64,000 nt of DNA from Candidatus Hydrogenedentota bacterium (GCA_045863295.1 BTWA01000028.1:5274-69273); one strand, 5' to 3'; numbered from the stretch's first letter, positions 9,149 through 20,088 are shown. Notes: generated by a model not told the origin, from the letters alone. A program made the numbers and translations.

Positions 9149-10462
9149 CTAAAAAATATAATCGTTCAGGATGTTTTCGAGCAATTCCTGCCGGCCGCTT
9201 TGAACGACGGGCTCTCCGTTCTTCAGCGTGTACGCTTCCAGCTCTTTAAAACCGGCCTTTCCCGACTCAATCTGTTTGCCGATACCAGAATTCCATCCCG
9301 CGTATCGCTTTTCCAAGGGTTTGATTAGAACTTTGTCCTTGATGAGTCGCGCTGCGGCTTTGAGGCCGCGGGCAAACGCGTCCATGCCGCCGATGTGGGC
9401 ATGAAACAGGTCCGCGGGATCGGTGGACTGACGTCGCAACTTGGCATCAAAATTCAGGCCACCGCTCTTGAAACCACCGCCTTTTAAAATGGTGTGCATA
9501 GCAAGTGTCGTGTCGTATAGGTCCGTCGGAAACTGATCCGTATCCCAGCCGAGGAGTTGATCACCGCGGTTCGCGTCCACCGATCCAAGCAGCCCGGTCG
9601 CCACGCAGAACTCGAGTTCGTGGTGAAACGTGTGACCTGCAAGAGTTGCGTGGTTCGCTTCGATATTCATCTTGAAATGGGGCAACAGTCCGTAGGCACT
9701 TAAAAACGAGTGGCAACTTGCGGCATCGAAATCGTACTGGTGTTTGGTTGGCTCTTTGGGTTTCGGTTCGATGAAGAATTGGCCTTTAAATCGAATCGCC
9801 TTTTTGTATTCGACGGCCATATTCAAAAATGCCCCGAGGTGATCGAGTTCGCGCTTGAGGTCAGTGTTGAGCAGGGTCTCGTATCCTTCGCGTCCGCCCC
9901 AGAAGACGTATCCCTGGGCGCCCAGTTCGTGGCTCACTTCCATGGCTTTCTTCACCTGGGCGGCGGCAAAGGCAAACACCGCGGGCGACGGATTGGTGGC
10001 GGCCCCGGACATGTATCGGGGATGCGTAAACAGCGAAGCCGTGCCCCACAGGGGCTTGATTCCCGTTGCTTTCTGGAGTGTCTTGGCGATCTTAACAATG
10101 TGATCGAGGTTCTTGTTGGTCTCAGCGAGCGTGGCGCCTTCGGGGGCGATGTCGCGATCGTGAAAGCACCAGTAGTTCACGCCTATCTTGGTGAAAAACT
10201 CAAACGCAGCATACATCGTATTCTCTGCAATCGCGATGGGACTGCTGCCGGCGTTATAGGAACGCGACATGGTGGGAACGCCAAAGGGATCGGCACCCAG
10301 ATTCTTGAACGTGTGCCAGTAACAAACGGAAAACCGGAGGTGCTCCTCCATTGTTTTTCCGAGCACTTTTTCCTTGGGATTGTAGTGTTTGAAAGCCAGC
10401 GGATTCTTTGATTTCGAGCCTTCGTATTGGATGGTCTTAATACCAGGAAAAAACTCTGCCAT
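9149..10462 (-). CDS. xylA: Xylose isomerase
   Basis: Unmistakable XylA sequence (...[18 protein letters not shown]..., ...[16 protein letters not shown]...). The likely start is the internal ATG ([15 protein letters not shown]) about 48 nt inside the listed ORF, giving about 437 aa. Confidence 0.9.
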   Translation of the reverse strand: MAEFFPGIKTIQYEGSKSKNPLAFKHYNPKEKVLGKTMEEHLRFSVCYWHTFKNLGADPFGVPTMSRSYNAGSSPIAIAENTMYAAFEFFTKIGVNYWCFHDRDIAPEGATLAETNKNLDHIVKIAKTLQKATGIKPLWGTASLFTHPRYMSGAATNPSPAVFAFAAAQVKKAMEVSHELGAQGYVFWGGREGYETLLNTDLKRELDHLGAFLNMAVEYKKAIRFKGQFFIEPKPKEPTKHQYDFDAASCHSFLSAYGLLPHFKMNIEANHATLAGHTFHHELEFCVATGLLGSVDANRGDQLLGWDTDQFPTDLYDTTLAMHTILKGGGFKSGGLNFDAKLRRQSTDPADLFHAHIGGMDAFARGLKAAARLIKDKVLIKPLEKRYAGWNSGIGKQIESGKAGFKELEAYTLKNGEPVVQSGRQELLENILNDYIF

Positions 10463-10546
10463 GGATGAAATCCCCTTTTGAAGTAGTAACCGGAAGTCTC
10501 GATTATACATGGCAGACTTTGTGCATTCACATGTATCGCAATACGA

Positions 10547-11449
10547 TCACCTGCCGCGCACTGCACAATATAATGCCTTGAGGCTCTCTACGTGCCATGG
10601 CTGTCGAATGGTCGCTTTCAACGCGTACTTTCGCGCGGTACGGACATTCCCAATCCCGAGAGCCCACCATGCCCACTTCAAATATGTACCGGCTTCGGAC
10701 TGGCTGGGCGGAATAGCCGGAATTAAGTCCCCCGGAACTGGTAGCCCGCGACGTTCCATCGTCTCTTTCAGCGCCCGGAATGCGGCCATGCGCTGCTTCT
10801 CGTAGGTGTCATGGCTCAGGCTTTTCAGGTGCTGCCGGTATCTCAAAAGCATTTCCGGGAGATTGGCCAATCGCCCGCGTTCCGCCATCCGCAGAAAGAG
10901 GTCGTAGTCTTCGCTTCCCTCAAATCCCGTGCGGTAGCCGCCCGCGGCGATCGCGACGGAGCGCCGCAACATGCAGGACGGATTGACGATGGCCGCGCTG
11001 CTATTGGGCGCGAGGTGCCAAGCTTCAATTTCTTCATGGGATTCGAGGCACTCAAGTTCGGTAAGCGCATCACCGTCAGGATCGACGAGCATCGCTTTTG
11101 CCCCCAACACCACGCATTCGGGATGGTCATCCATATACGTCAGTTGCCGTGCAAACCGCTCGGGAAGTGCCACGTCATCGGAATCCATCCAGGCAATCAA
11201 TTCGCACGACGCCTCGTGCAAAAGTTCATTGCGGACATTGGAAATGCCTCGATTCTCATGCGAGATCACGCGGATTCGCCGGTCCCGGTCCGCGAGCGAC
11301 TTCAATATTGCGACCGAGGCGTCATTGGATCCGTCATTGACGGCGACCAGCTCAAAATCCGAAAAACTTTGATCCAGGATGCTTTGTACCGCCTCCAGCA
11401 GATATCGCTCCGCATTGTAGACGGCCATGCAGCAGGAAATTCTGGGCAT
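10547..11449 (-). CDS. Glycosyltransferase family 2
   Basis: N-terminus MPRISCCMAVYNAERYLLEAVQSILDQSF..., then a DxD-type DSDD, typical of GT2. Confidence 0.8.
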   Translation of the reverse strand: MPRISCCMAVYNAERYLLEAVQSILDQSFSDFELVAVNDGSNDASVAILKSLADRDRRIRVISHENRGISNVRNELLHEASCELIAWMDSDDVALPERFARQLTYMDDHPECVVLGAKAMLVDPDGDALTELECLESHEEIEAWHLAPNSSAAIVNPSCMLRRSVAIAAGGYRTGFEGSEDYDLFLRMAERGRLANLPEMLLRYRQHLKSLSHDTYEKQRMAAFRALKETMERRGLPVPGDLIPAIPPSQSEAGTYLKWAWWALGIGNVRTARKYALKATIRQPWHVESLKALYCAVRGR

Positions 11450-11590
11450 ACTCTGCTCCGATTGCCAATCAAACCCAAAGCATACCCGCTACGTAAGGTG
11501 CGCGCCAAGTGGAACCTATTTCACGTTTCGATGTTCGAGTGCATCCTGATATGATAGACAACAGGACAAAGATACTCGCAAGGACACACC

Positions 11591-12607
11591 ATGGCGTTAC
11601 TTTCAGTGGACAATCTGCATGTCTATTTCCATACCCGCGACGGAGTGGTGCGCGCAGTAAACGGACTTTCGCTGGAGATTGCCCCGGGAGAGACCATTGG
11701 AATCGTCGGTGAATCCGGTAGCGGAAAATCCGTCTCCATGATGTCGTTGCTGGGTCTCGTGCCTATGCCGCCGGGGCGCGTCGAGTCGGGCCGCGCCATA
11801 TTCAACGGCGTGGACTTATTGACCTGCTCCAGGCGGGTTTTGCGGGGTTTCCGCGGCAAACAAATTGCCATGATCTTCCAGGATCCAATGACTGCGCTAA
11901 ATCCGTACATCACGGTCGGCCGACAACTGATCGAACCGCTGCTTATTCATGAAGGCCTGTCTACATCGGATGCATGGAATCGCGGCGAGGCGATGCTTCG
12001 CCAAGTCGGCATACAGGACGCGGCCAAGCGCATGAAGGCGTTTCCTCATCAGTTTAGCGGCGGCATGCGCCAACGCGTCATGATTGCCATGGCATTGATA
12101 ACCCGACCCCAATTGCTGATTGCGGACGAACCGACTACTGCTTTGGACGTGACCGTTCAAGCGCAGATTCTTGAGTTGATACGGGGGTTGCAGCGGGAAA
12201 TGGGGATGGCAGTCCTGTTGATTACGCACGATCTGGGCGTGGTTGCGGGCACATGCGACCGGGTTCTGGTCATGTATGCCGGCGGCCTCGTCGAAACAGC
12301 GTCCACAGCCGCGCTGTTTGAACATCCCAGACACCCCTATACAACCGCGTTGATGGCATCGTTACCAGCGGTCCGTTCTAAAAACACTCCACTCTACAGT
12401 ATTCCTGGCCTTCCCCCCGACCCATCCGTGCAGTATCAAGGATGCCCGTTCAAACCGCGCTGTGCCTTTGGGGTAGCCGAATGCGAAACCGGTTTTGCCG
12501 GACTGGAACGCGTGGCGGACGGCCATGTTTCGGCGTGCCTTCGAGTGCAACGGGGCGACATCGCAGGCAATGAGGCGCTCGACGTGTCCCACGAGTGCGT
12601 GTCATGA
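11591..12607 (+). CDS. ABC transporter ATP-binding protein, oligopeptide/dipeptide (OppD/DppD) type
   Basis: Walker A GESGSGKS, signature [12 protein letters not shown], Walker [13 protein letters not shown], and the peptide-ABC C-terminal Cys-rich tail. Confidence 0.85.
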   Translation: MALLSVDNLHVYFHTRDGVVRAVNGLSLEIAPGETIGIVGESGSGKSVSMMSLLGLVPMPPGRVESGRAIFNGVDLLTCSRRVLRGFRGKQIAMIFQDPMTALNPYITVGRQLIEPLLIHEGLSTSDAWNRGEAMLRQVGIQDAAKRMKAFPHQFSGGMRQRVMIAMALITRPQLLIADEPTTALDVTVQAQILELIRGLQREMGMAVLLITHDLGVVAGTCDRVLVMYAGGLVETASTAALFEHPRHPYTTALMASLPAVRSKNTPLYSIPGLPPDPSVQYQGCPFKPRCAFGVAECETGFAGLERVADGHVSACLRVQRGDIAGNEALDVSHECVS

Positions 12608-13644
12608 CGGCGAACGGGCCGATCCTAGAATTACGTGGAATCAAAACGCACTTTCCCGTGCGGGAAGGGCTGATTTTCGACCACCATGCGGGTACGGTGA
12701 AAGCCGTTGACGGGGTTAGTTTACAGGTCCAGCCGGGCGAAATTCTGGGTCTCGTGGGCGAATCCGGATGCGGTAAATCGACGTTGGCGCGAACGGTCCT
12801 CGGCCTGGCCCCGATTACGTCGGGAACAATCCATTTTGAAGGCAGAGACATTACCCGGCTTCGGCGCAACGAACTGCGTTCCATTCGCCCCCGGCTCCAA
12901 ATGATCTTTCAAGACCCGTATGCATCCCTGAATCCCCGGATGACGGTTTCGGATACGCTCGCTGAACCCTTGAAGGTGCACCGCATTGTTCCTCCGGATG
13001 AGTCGGCAAAACGGGTAAACGAACTGATGGAAAAAGTCGGGCTCGCGCGGCGTTACGCCCGTAAATATCCGCATGAGTTTTCCGGCGGACAGCGGCAGCG
13101 GATCGCCATTGCCCGTGCCCTTGCCATGAATCCAAAAGTCATTCTGGCCGATGAACCCGTTTCGGCGTTGGACGTTTCGATACAGGCGCAGATACTCAAT
13201 TTGTTGGCCGACCTGCGAAAACAGGAGGGATTGACGCTTCTGTTGATTTCTCACGATCTCGCGGTTGTGAATCACGCTTCGGATCGTATCGCGGTGATGT
13301 ACCTCGGAAAAATTGTGGAAATCGGGGCTGCGGAATCGGTGTATCGAATGCCGCTTCACCCGTATTCCAAGGCGCTGCTAAGTGCGATTCCGCTGCCTGA
13401 TCCGGAGAAGGAGCGATCGCGGAAGCGCATCTTCTTGAAAGGCGATCCGCCTTCACCACTCAACCCGCCTTCGGGATGTTCCTTTCATCCCCGCTGCCCC
13501 TACGCTGAAGATGTCTGCTACGGCGAATCGCCCCATTTGGAAACAATGGACGGCCAACGGCAGGTGGCGTGCCACTTCGCTCGGGAAATCGCCTCCGGCA
13601 AAAAGGCACCGGATGCGGCGGCCTTGTCTGTCTCGTCCGCGTAA
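12595..13644 (+). CDS. ABC transporter ATP-binding protein, oligopeptide/dipeptide (OppF/DppF) type
   Basis: Walker A GESGCGKST, signature FSGGQRQRIAIA, Walker B ILADEPVSALD. Overlaps the upstream ATPase gene by 13 nt. Confidence 0.85.
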   Translation: MRVMTANGPILELRGIKTHFPVREGLIFDHHAGTVKAVDGVSLQVQPGEILGLVGESGCGKSTLARTVLGLAPITSGTIHFEGRDITRLRRNELRSIRPRLQMIFQDPYASLNPRMTVSDTLAEPLKVHRIVPPDESAKRVNELMEKVGLARRYARKYPHEFSGGQRQRIAIARALAMNPKVILADEPVSALDVSIQAQILNLLADLRKQEGLTLLLISHDLAVVNHASDRIAVMYLGKIVEIGAAESVYRMPLHPYSKALLSAIPLPDPEKERSRKRIFLKGDPPSPLNPPSGCSFHPRCPYAEDVCYGESPHLETMDGQRQVACHFAREIASGKKAPDAAALSVSSA

Positions 13645-13658
13645 TCCCGTAAAATTCG

Positions 13659-14684
13659 CTAAAAAAGAGAGTCTTGGGAAGTTGCGGCAGGCGGGTCCAG
13701 CGCAAAATGCTTGTACGCCCTCGGAGTAGCCACACGGCCCTGGGGGGTGCGCTTCATAAACCCGATTTGGATCAGAAAAGGTTCATGCACCTCTTCCAAT
13801 GTCTGCGCCTCTTCTCCCACCGCCACGGCCAACGACGACAACCCCACGGGACCGCCGTTGAACTTGTCGATGATGGTACGCAAGATAAGTTTGTCCATGT
13901 CGTCCAAACCAAGGGCATCGATGCGAAGTATGTCCAGCGAAGCGGAGGCTATATCCCGCGTGATGACACCGTCGCCCCGGACCTGCGCATAGTCGCGGGC
14001 TCGGCGCAACAACCGGTTGGCAATGCGCGCGGTACCGCGCGAACGCGAGGCAATCTCCAGCGCGCCCGATGGATCGATTGCCATGCTCATAACGCGGGCC
14101 GAACGCAAGATGATCCTCTGCAATTCTTCGGGCGAATAGAATTCAAACCGGCACGTGTCGCCAAAGCGGGCGCGTAACGGAGGCGTCAAAAGTCCGGCAC
14201 GGGTCGTCGCTCCTATTAGCGTGAACGGCTTCAACCCTATCTTCATGGAGCGCGCCGTAGGACCCTTGCCCAACATGATATCCACCTCGAAATCCTCCAT
14301 GGCCGAATACAGCGTTTCTTCGACCGCATGGTTCAACCGGTGGATTTCGTCAATGAACAGAATGTCAAATGATTCCAAGCTCGTGAGGATGGCGCTCAAG
14401 TCCGCCTGCCGCTCGACAACGGGACCGGATGTGGATTTGATGTTCACTCCCATTTCATTGGCAAGGATGCGCGCCAACGTCGTCTTTCCGAGTCCGGGGG
14501 GACCTGTCAAGAGAATGTGGTCAAGCGGTTCATTGCGGCCGCGCGCCGCCTCAATGCCGATATGAAGTTTGTGCTTGATGGGCTCCTGACCCGGAAATTC
14601 CTCCAGGCGCTGCGGCCGGATGCGCTCGTCAATCTCCCGATCGTCCGGAGTGGGGCTGTTCCGGATAATGTCATCCTTGGGCAT
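13659..14684 (-). CDS. ruvB: Holliday junction branch-migration helicase RuvB
   Basis: ...[22 protein letters not shown]..., ...LFIDEIHRL..., and a full-length RuvB alignment. Sits 3 bp downstream of ruvA. Confidence 0.95.
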   Translation of the reverse strand: MPKDDIIRNSPTPDDREIDERIRPQRLEEFPGQEPIKHKLHIGIEAARGRNEPLDHILLTGPPGLGKTTLARILANEMGVNIKSTSGPVVERQADLSAILTSLESFDILFIDEIHRLNHAVEETLYSAMEDFEVDIMLGKGPTARSMKIGLKPFTLIGATTRAGLLTPPLRARFGDTCRFEFYSPEELQRIILRSARVMSMAIDPSGALEIASRSRGTARIANRLLRRARDYAQVRGDGVITRDIASASLDILRIDALGLDDMDKLILRTIIDKFNGGPVGLSSLAVAVGEEAQTLEEVHEPFLIQIGFMKRTPQGRVATPRAYKHFALDPPAATSQDSLF

Positions 14685-14687
14685 GCG

Positions 14688-15290
14688 TCAAACCTTGGAT
14701 AGCGAGCGTAGCGCCGCCTTCACGAGGTCCTCGTCCTTCGCTTCATCGCCCAGTGCTTTGCGGGCTTTGGCCGCTGCCTTGCGGGCCTCGGGCAGCGTAC
14801 AGCCCAGGGCGCACAAGGCGGCAATAACGTCATCCGACTCCGGAGTGCCGCTCTCTTGCGGAGAACCGAGAATCGCCTCCAGTTCCGCGTCCTGTCCCAA
14901 TCGCGCTTTCATTTCGAGCACAATCCGTTGGCCTGTCTTCTTGCCCACCCCGCTGATGCGCGTAAACGCAGTCACGTCGTGATTCATGACCGCCTGTCCA
15001 AACGCCTGCGGCGACATGACCGACATAATCGCCATGGCCGCCTTGGGTCCGATGCCCGTGATGCCCAACAACGCAATAAACAGGGCCTTCTCATCCGTTC
15101 GCAGGAACCCGTAAATATTGAAGGCGTCTTCGCGGATGTAACAATAGGTCTGCAACGTTGCCGTCGTCTGCAGCGCGAGGCGTTGCCGGACCAAGTCCGG
15201 CGCAAATACCTGATACCCCACCCCGCCCACTTCTAAAACGACGTGATCGATGTTTTTCTCGGTGACCGTGCCACGTAGATATGCGTACAT
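14688..15290 (-). CDS. ruvA: Holliday junction DNA-binding protein RuvA
   Basis: MYAYLRGTVTEKNIDHVVLEVGGVGYQVFAP... is the canonical RuvA N-terminus, with helix-hairpin-helix regions following. Confidence 0.9.
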   Translation of the reverse strand: MYAYLRGTVTEKNIDHVVLEVGGVGYQVFAPDLVRQRLALQTTATLQTYCYIREDAFNIYGFLRTDEKALFIALLGITGIGPKAAMAIMSVMSPQAFGQAVMNHDVTAFTRISGVGKKTGQRIVLEMKARLGQDAELEAILGSPQESGTPESDDVIAALCALGCTLPEARKAAAKARKALGDEAKDEDLVKAALRSLSKV

Positions 15291-15369
15291 AAGCGTAGAT
15301 GGTAGTCAAAACAACGGAGCAATTCCAGAGCCGATGGACCCTGAACCGATTTTTTTGGCATAGTCCCTC

Positions 15370-16491
15370 ATGCCGCGCAAAGGTAAAATGATCCGAGGCC
15401 CCGGGATATCAGTGGGTTTGTTGCTGATACTAGTGGTGCTGTTCTTGTGGGTCTTGTTTGTTCTCCGCACACCTGAAGGGCGCGCGATACGTGCCCGGAT
15501 TCAAGACTCGGTCACGACCAGACTTAAGTCGTCCGGTGCCATACCGGCCGTTGAATCCGGTGCAATCCAAGTCTACTTCGCTCCGGGCTCACAAGATACT
15601 TCGGATGAAATCGATGACGCTTTGATCGCGGTGCTGCGAGCCGCCGATTCGTCGCTGGCCTGTGCGTTCTATGATTTTGAGTGGGAACCCGCGGCGGACG
15701 TGCTCGTGGCACAACACCAGCGCGGAATTCGGGTCCGGATTGTGTCGGATTCGGACTACGATGACCGCAGTGCCGTGCAGCAATGCGTTGCCGCGGGGAT
15801 TCCGGTGACCTTCGACGAGCGCGAACCGTTCATGCATAACAAATTCGTTGTGGTGGACAATCGTATCGTATGGACCGGATCGACCAACGTCACGCGGAAT
15901 TGCCTGTTTCGCAACGACAACAACGCCCTGCGTCTGGAATCGCGGGATCTCGCGGCCAATTTCGCGTCAGAATTCGAGGAACTGTTTGCGGGGCTGCACG
16001 GCAGGAAATCCCCCAAGGCGACGCCATTTCCAGAGGTAACCGTCGGGGGCATGCAGGTTGAATGTTTTTTCGCCCCGGAAGACAACGTGCAAGACGAAAT
16101 TGTGGGCGAAATCGCCGCGTCGGCAAGCAGCATCGATTTCATGGCGTTTTCCTTCACGGCGGAGCCTTTGGCCAAGGCAATGGAACAGCGCATGCAAGAC
16201 GGTGTGCGCGTTCGCGGCGTGTTCGAAACGCGAAACGCGGGATCAAAGTACAGCCGTGACGAGTGGCTGGCGGAACACGGCGCGGAAATTGTCCTGGACA
16301 GGAATCCATACACCATGCATCACAAAGTCATGATTGTCGATCGGCGGTCCGTGATCACAGGGAGTTACAACTTCAGCAAGGCCGCAGACACGCAAAACGA
16401 CGAAAATCTCTTGATTCTGCACAATGCAGACATCGCAGAACGATTCGAAAGGGAATTCGAAAGACTGCTGCAGGCCGCCAGGACGAACTAG
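15370..16491 (+). CDS. Membrane-anchored phospholipase D superfamily protein with two HKD motifs (PLD / cardiolipin-synthase-like)
   Basis: N-terminal transmembrane helix (GLLLILVVLFLWVLFVL). Two HKD motifs: HNKFVVVDNRIVWTGSTNVT and HHKVMIVDRRSVITGSYNFS. Confidence 0.8.
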   Translation: MPRKGKMIRGPGISVGLLLILVVLFLWVLFVLRTPEGRAIRARIQDSVTTRLKSSGAIPAVESGAIQVYFAPGSQDTSDEIDDALIAVLRAADSSLACAFYDFEWEPAADVLVAQHQRGIRVRIVSDSDYDDRSAVQQCVAAGIPVTFDEREPFMHNKFVVVDNRIVWTGSTNVTRNCLFRNDNNALRLESRDLAANFASEFEELFAGLHGRKSPKATPFPEVTVGGMQVECFFAPEDNVQDEIVGEIAASASSIDFMAFSFTAEPLAKAMEQRMQDGVRVRGVFETRNAGSKYSRDEWLAEHGAEIVLDRNPYTMHHKVMIVDRRSVITGSYNFSKAADTQNDENLLILHNADIAERFEREFERLLQAARTN

Positions 16492-17459
16492 CCTTTACGC
16501 CGGTTTTCAATCCACCACCGGAGTTGCCCCCATGCCAGCGGCACTTTGGCAAAATAGGTGTGCAATGCATACACCAGCGCCACTTTCAGCGAGGTACCGC
16601 GCCGAACAGTCTGCACGAATTTGCGAACGATGATCAGAAGGGCCATGAACGCGAACAGTTCGTCAATCCAAAGTGAAAGAAAAAAGGATGCGGAGAGAAT
16701 GGTGACGATAATGGCGCCCCAGATGTAGTTCGAACGCCGCTCACGCGACCACATGGGATCGTCCGTGCCGGCGCACCGCGCGGCGATTTCGGCATAGGAT
16801 CGCCCATTGCGCACGTACTGCTTCCAGTACGACCGGAAGCCCGCCAGCGCAAGGTCATGATAGGCCATCACCTTGGGGAGTTGATAAATCTTGAGACCCT
16901 GCTCGCGCCGAATTCGCCAACACAGGTAGGGCTCCTCCCCGTACGCCACGTCCTCAGGAAAGCCCCCGGCTTGCTCAAACGCGGAGCGGCGAAACAAAGC
17001 GCAGCCGCCGCACGATTCCACCGCGCCTTCGTCAGCCGGCCAATCCAGTTCGAGCACCTGGTGCCAGAGTCCGTCGTTCACTTCCTCAAGAATCCCGCAA
17101 ACGGCCGCCGCAACCGGATGGTCCGCCATGAACGCGGCGGCGGTCGCCGGCCAAGCGGGGTGCAATACCATGTCTCCATCGACAAAATGCAGATAGACGC
17201 CGCGCGCATGGGCCGCGCCATGATTCCGGTTCTCGGCCGCGCGCCGCCTCTTTTCGCCGCCCACCACTCGATTCACGCCAATCCGTTCTGCAATGGCGGC
17301 ACTGCCGTCGGTGGAAGCACCGTCGGCGTAAATGATCTCCCACGACCACCCCTCCAAATGGGCGTCCTGAATGGACCGGAGGCAGGCCTCGAGGTGGCGA
17401 GATTCGTTGTATCCAATCACAATGAAGGAAATGTCGATGGCGTCGGGAGACATGTTCAA
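16488..17459 (-). CDS. Glycosyltransferase family 2 with C-terminal membrane segment
   Basis: ...ISFIVIGYNESRHLEACLRSI...DGASTDGS... GT2 N-terminal fold, a DGD motif and a C-terminal hydrophobic helix. Confidence 0.75.
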   Translation of the reverse strand: MNMSPDAIDISFIVIGYNESRHLEACLRSIQDAHLEGWSWEIIYADGASTDGSAAIAERIGVNRVVGGEKRRRAAENRNHGAAHARGVYLHFVDGDMVLHPAWPATAAAFMADHPVAAAVCGILEEVNDGLWHQVLELDWPADEGAVESCGGCALFRRSAFEQAGGFPEDVAYGEEPYLCWRIRREQGLKIYQLPKVMAYHDLALAGFRSYWKQYVRNGRSYAEIAARCAGTDDPMWSRERRSNYIWGAIIVTILSASFFLSLWIDELFAFMALLIIVRKFVQTVRRGTSLKVALVYALHTYFAKVPLAWGQLRWWIENRRKG

Positions 17460-17612
17460 CTCAGGTTAAAGGGGGCGGTGCGGCGCATGTTGTACATCGA
17501 AACGTGCGATGTTTTCCACTTTGTGCCTTCTGGCGCAGGCACAAAGTGGCTTGAGACCAAGGGTTTCGCTACACTCTGGGAGGGTTTGCAGCCGAATCGA
17601 GGTTTTCTAGCC

Positions 17613-18821
17613 GTGTCAATTCTAATCGAGATATTGCTCTTCTTATGGGCAATTCCCCTCGGCCTTATTGTGACGTATCAGGCCATCGTCACCGGGGCCG
17701 CCTACGCGTACCGGCCGCAGCGATCCATCGGCGCGGAACCCTTGCGATTCGCGGTAGTGGTGCCCGCGCACAACGAGGCAACCGAGATTGCGGCCACTGT
17801 TCATGGAATTCAAAAACAGGAATATCCCGAGGACAAGTTCCGGCTGTTTGTGTTGGCGGACAACTGCACCGACCAAACCGCGCGCGAGGCGGCCAAGGCC
17901 GGATCCGAAGTTATTGAACGCACGGATCCGCATAATCGTGGCAAAGGCCAGGCGTTGCATTGGTTGTTTGGATCCCAATTGGCCCGGTTTAAGGACTTCG
18001 AGGCCGTCGCCTTGGTGGATGCGGACACAGAAGTCAGCCCCACCTTTCTCCAATCCATGTCGGATACCTTGCACGTGCCGGGGGTGAGAGCCGCGCAGGG
18101 CCTTTACCGTGTCAAGAATCCGGGCGAGAATTGGCGTACGGCCCTGACATTTGCGGGATTCTCCATCGTAAACTGCCTGCGGCCCATGGGCCGCTCCCAC
18201 CTCGGTGGAACCGCTGACTTAAAGGGCAACGGCATGGCACTACGGATGGATCTCGTCCGCGAATTCGGCTACCCCGCCCAAACGCCTGTTGAAGATACGG
18301 AGTTCGCCCTTCTTCTCCTCTTGTCCGGCTACCGGGTGGCCTTTGCCGAGGATGCGGTAGTGCTTTCGGAAATGCCCGCGACCCGGACCCAGGCGGAATC
18401 CCAGCGAAAACGGTGGGAGGGCGGCCGGATGCTGCTGCTGAAAATGTTTGTTCCGAAATTGTTGAGGCGGTTTACGAAATCCTTCGATCCTGCGCTCCTG
18501 GATGCGGCCCTCGATCTGTGCACCCCACCACTAACCCTTCTGGTAGCCATCGAATTGGCCGGATTTGCGGCCTCGTGTCTGGGCGGCCCGGTTTGGATGG
18601 CCGTATTTGGATCGCTGCTGTTACTGACCGCATTGCAGGTGACTTCCGCGCTCTATGTGAACAAAGCGCCCGGCCGCGTGTGGATGGCCCTGGCAGCCGC
18701 ACCCCTATTCATCTTCTGGAAGATTCCCTTATATTTGCGGATCGCATCCCAAGGATCGCCCAAAACTTGGGAGCGCACTCAAAGGCGCGCCGAAGCCGAG
18801 AATCACGACACCAAAAGCTGA
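17613..18821 (+). CDS. Membrane-embedded processive GT2 beta-glycosyltransferase (PgaC/IcaA/cellulose-synthase-like)
   Basis: N-terminal TM helix, then ...AVVVPAHNE...LADNCTD...VDADT... and QRKRW (the Q(Q/R)xRW processivity motif), plus several C-terminal TM helices. The listed ORF (16857-) is an in-frame read-through over the divergent GT2. The start is uncertain: GTG 17613 (GAGG 10 nt upstream) or ATG 17487. Confidence 0.65.
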   Translation: MSILIEILLFLWAIPLGLIVTYQAIVTGAAYAYRPQRSIGAEPLRFAVVVPAHNEATEIAATVHGIQKQEYPEDKFRLFVLADNCTDQTAREAAKAGSEVIERTDPHNRGKGQALHWLFGSQLARFKDFEAVALVDADTEVSPTFLQSMSDTLHVPGVRAAQGLYRVKNPGENWRTALTFAGFSIVNCLRPMGRSHLGGTADLKGNGMALRMDLVREFGYPAQTPVEDTEFALLLLLSGYRVAFAEDAVVLSEMPATRTQAESQRKRWEGGRMLLLKMFVPKLLRRFTKSFDPALLDAALDLCTPPLTLLVAIELAGFAASCLGGPVWMAVFGSLLLLTALQVTSALYVNKAPGRVWMALAAAPLFIFWKIPLYLRIASQGSPKTWERTQRRAEAENHDTKS

Positions 18822-18900
18822 GCGTCTTGATGAACGGCGAATGCGCCGGGCACGGGCACTTTCACTTATCGCATTGCACTCTGATTTGAGGAAACAGCCA

Positions 18901-20088
18901 TTGAAACAAGCCGTACATTTTGGAGCAGGTAATATAGGCAGGGGGTTCCTGGGTCAGTTGTATTTCGAATCCGGGTATCACACCACATTCATCGATGTGT
19001 CGGACGATCTCGTTGAGGGATTGAACAAGCACGGAGGATATCCACTTCGAATTGTCGGCGACGACATTCGCGAAGTATCCATTGGCGAGTGCTCTGCAAT
19101 CCACGGCCGGGATTTCGACGCAGTCGCGGCGGCTTTGGCACAAACGGACCTGGCGTCTACCGCCGTCGGACAGGCCGCACTGCCACATATTGCGCCGCTG
19201 ATTGCACGAGGCATTCAACGGCGGTTTTCCGATGATCGTGCTGCCCCGCTGAATGTCATCATTTGCGAAAACCTGTTGGATGCCGCAAACGTGGTTCGCC
19301 AGATGATCCGCGCTCACTTGCCGGAAGCATGGCACGCGACGCTGGACAGCCACGTTGGGCTTGTGGAGGCCTCAATTGGCCGAATGGTGCCCATTATGAC
19401 GATGGAACAGCGAGCCGAGAGTCCCTTGTTGGTCTGTGTGGAACCGTATTGTGAACTGCCCGTGGACGCAAACGGTTTCAAAGGAGACATCCCACCGCTC
19501 AACCATTTGAAACCGCAGGAAAACTTCACGGCCTACGTGGAGCGAAAACTGTTTGTACACAATGCCGGCCACGCCTGTGCGGCCTACCTGGGATATTTGC
19601 GGGGCCACGAGTATATCTGGCAAGCCATGGGTGACGGCGCGGTTCGCCGCGAAGTGGAAAAAGCCATGCACGAATCCTGTCTCGGCTTGCACGCCCGGCA
19701 CGGCATGGACCTGTCCGCCCTCACGGAGCATGCCGCGGATTTGATTCATCGATTTCAAAACAAGGCCCTAGGCGATCAGGTATTGCGTGTGGCGGCCGAC
19801 CCCGTGCGCAAGCTCGGACCCAAGGATCGACTGATTGGAGCGTGCCACATGTGTCTGGACCAGAATGTCGAGCCGCGTAGTCTTGCGTTTGCAGCAGCCG
19901 CCGCCATGCGGTACGATCCACCGTCCGACAAAGCAGCGGAAATGGTGCAGCGCATCTTTCACGAAAGCCATATGGATGGCGTGATGCGTGAAGTCTGCCG
20001 CGTTTCGGCCGATTCACCACTGGGCCGTTTGATAGCGGAGCAACATAACCGGCTTTCCCGAGAGGGATGGCTGCGGAAAAAGGCGTGA
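18901..20088 (+). CDS. Mannitol dehydrogenase family protein (mannitol-1-phosphate 5-dehydrogenase-like)
   Basis: From TTG 18901 the N-terminus is (M)KQAVHFGAGNIGRGF, almost identical to E. coli MtlD MKALHFGAGNIGRGF. GAGGAAA lies 9 nt upstream. The ATG at 18841 would add an N-terminal extension not supported by homology. Confidence 0.7.
   Translation: MKQAVHFGAGNIGRGFLGQLYFESGYHTTFIDVSDDLVEGLNKHGGYPLRIVGDDIREVSIGECSAIHGRDFDAVAAALAQTDLASTAVGQAALPHIAPLIARGIQRRFSDDRAAPLNVIICENLLDAANVVRQMIRAHLPEAWHATLDSHVGLVEASIGRMVPIMTMEQRAESPLLVCVEPYCELPVDANGFKGDIPPLNHLKPQENFTAYVERKLFVHNAGHACAAYLGYLRGHEYIWQAMGDGAVRREVEKAMHESCLGLHARHGMDLSALTEHAADLIHRFQNKALGDQVLRVAADPVRKLGPKDRLIGACHMCLDQNVEPRSLAFAAAAAMRYDPPSDKAAEMVQRIFHESHMDGVMREVCRVSADSPLGRLIAEQHNRLSREGWLRKKA

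Noticed and set aside
9710-10411. 233-aa plus-strand ORF
   Set aside because: It lies entirely inside xylA on the opposite strand; xylA is unambiguous.
12721-13359. 212-aa minus-strand ORF
   Set aside because: It is antisense to the OppF-type ATPase gene.
16857-17612. N-terminal 250 codons of the 654-aa plus-strand ORF
   Set aside because: It is an in-frame open stretch antisense to the GT2 gene at 16488-17459, with Arg/Gly/Pro-rich composition. The real gene begins after 17459.
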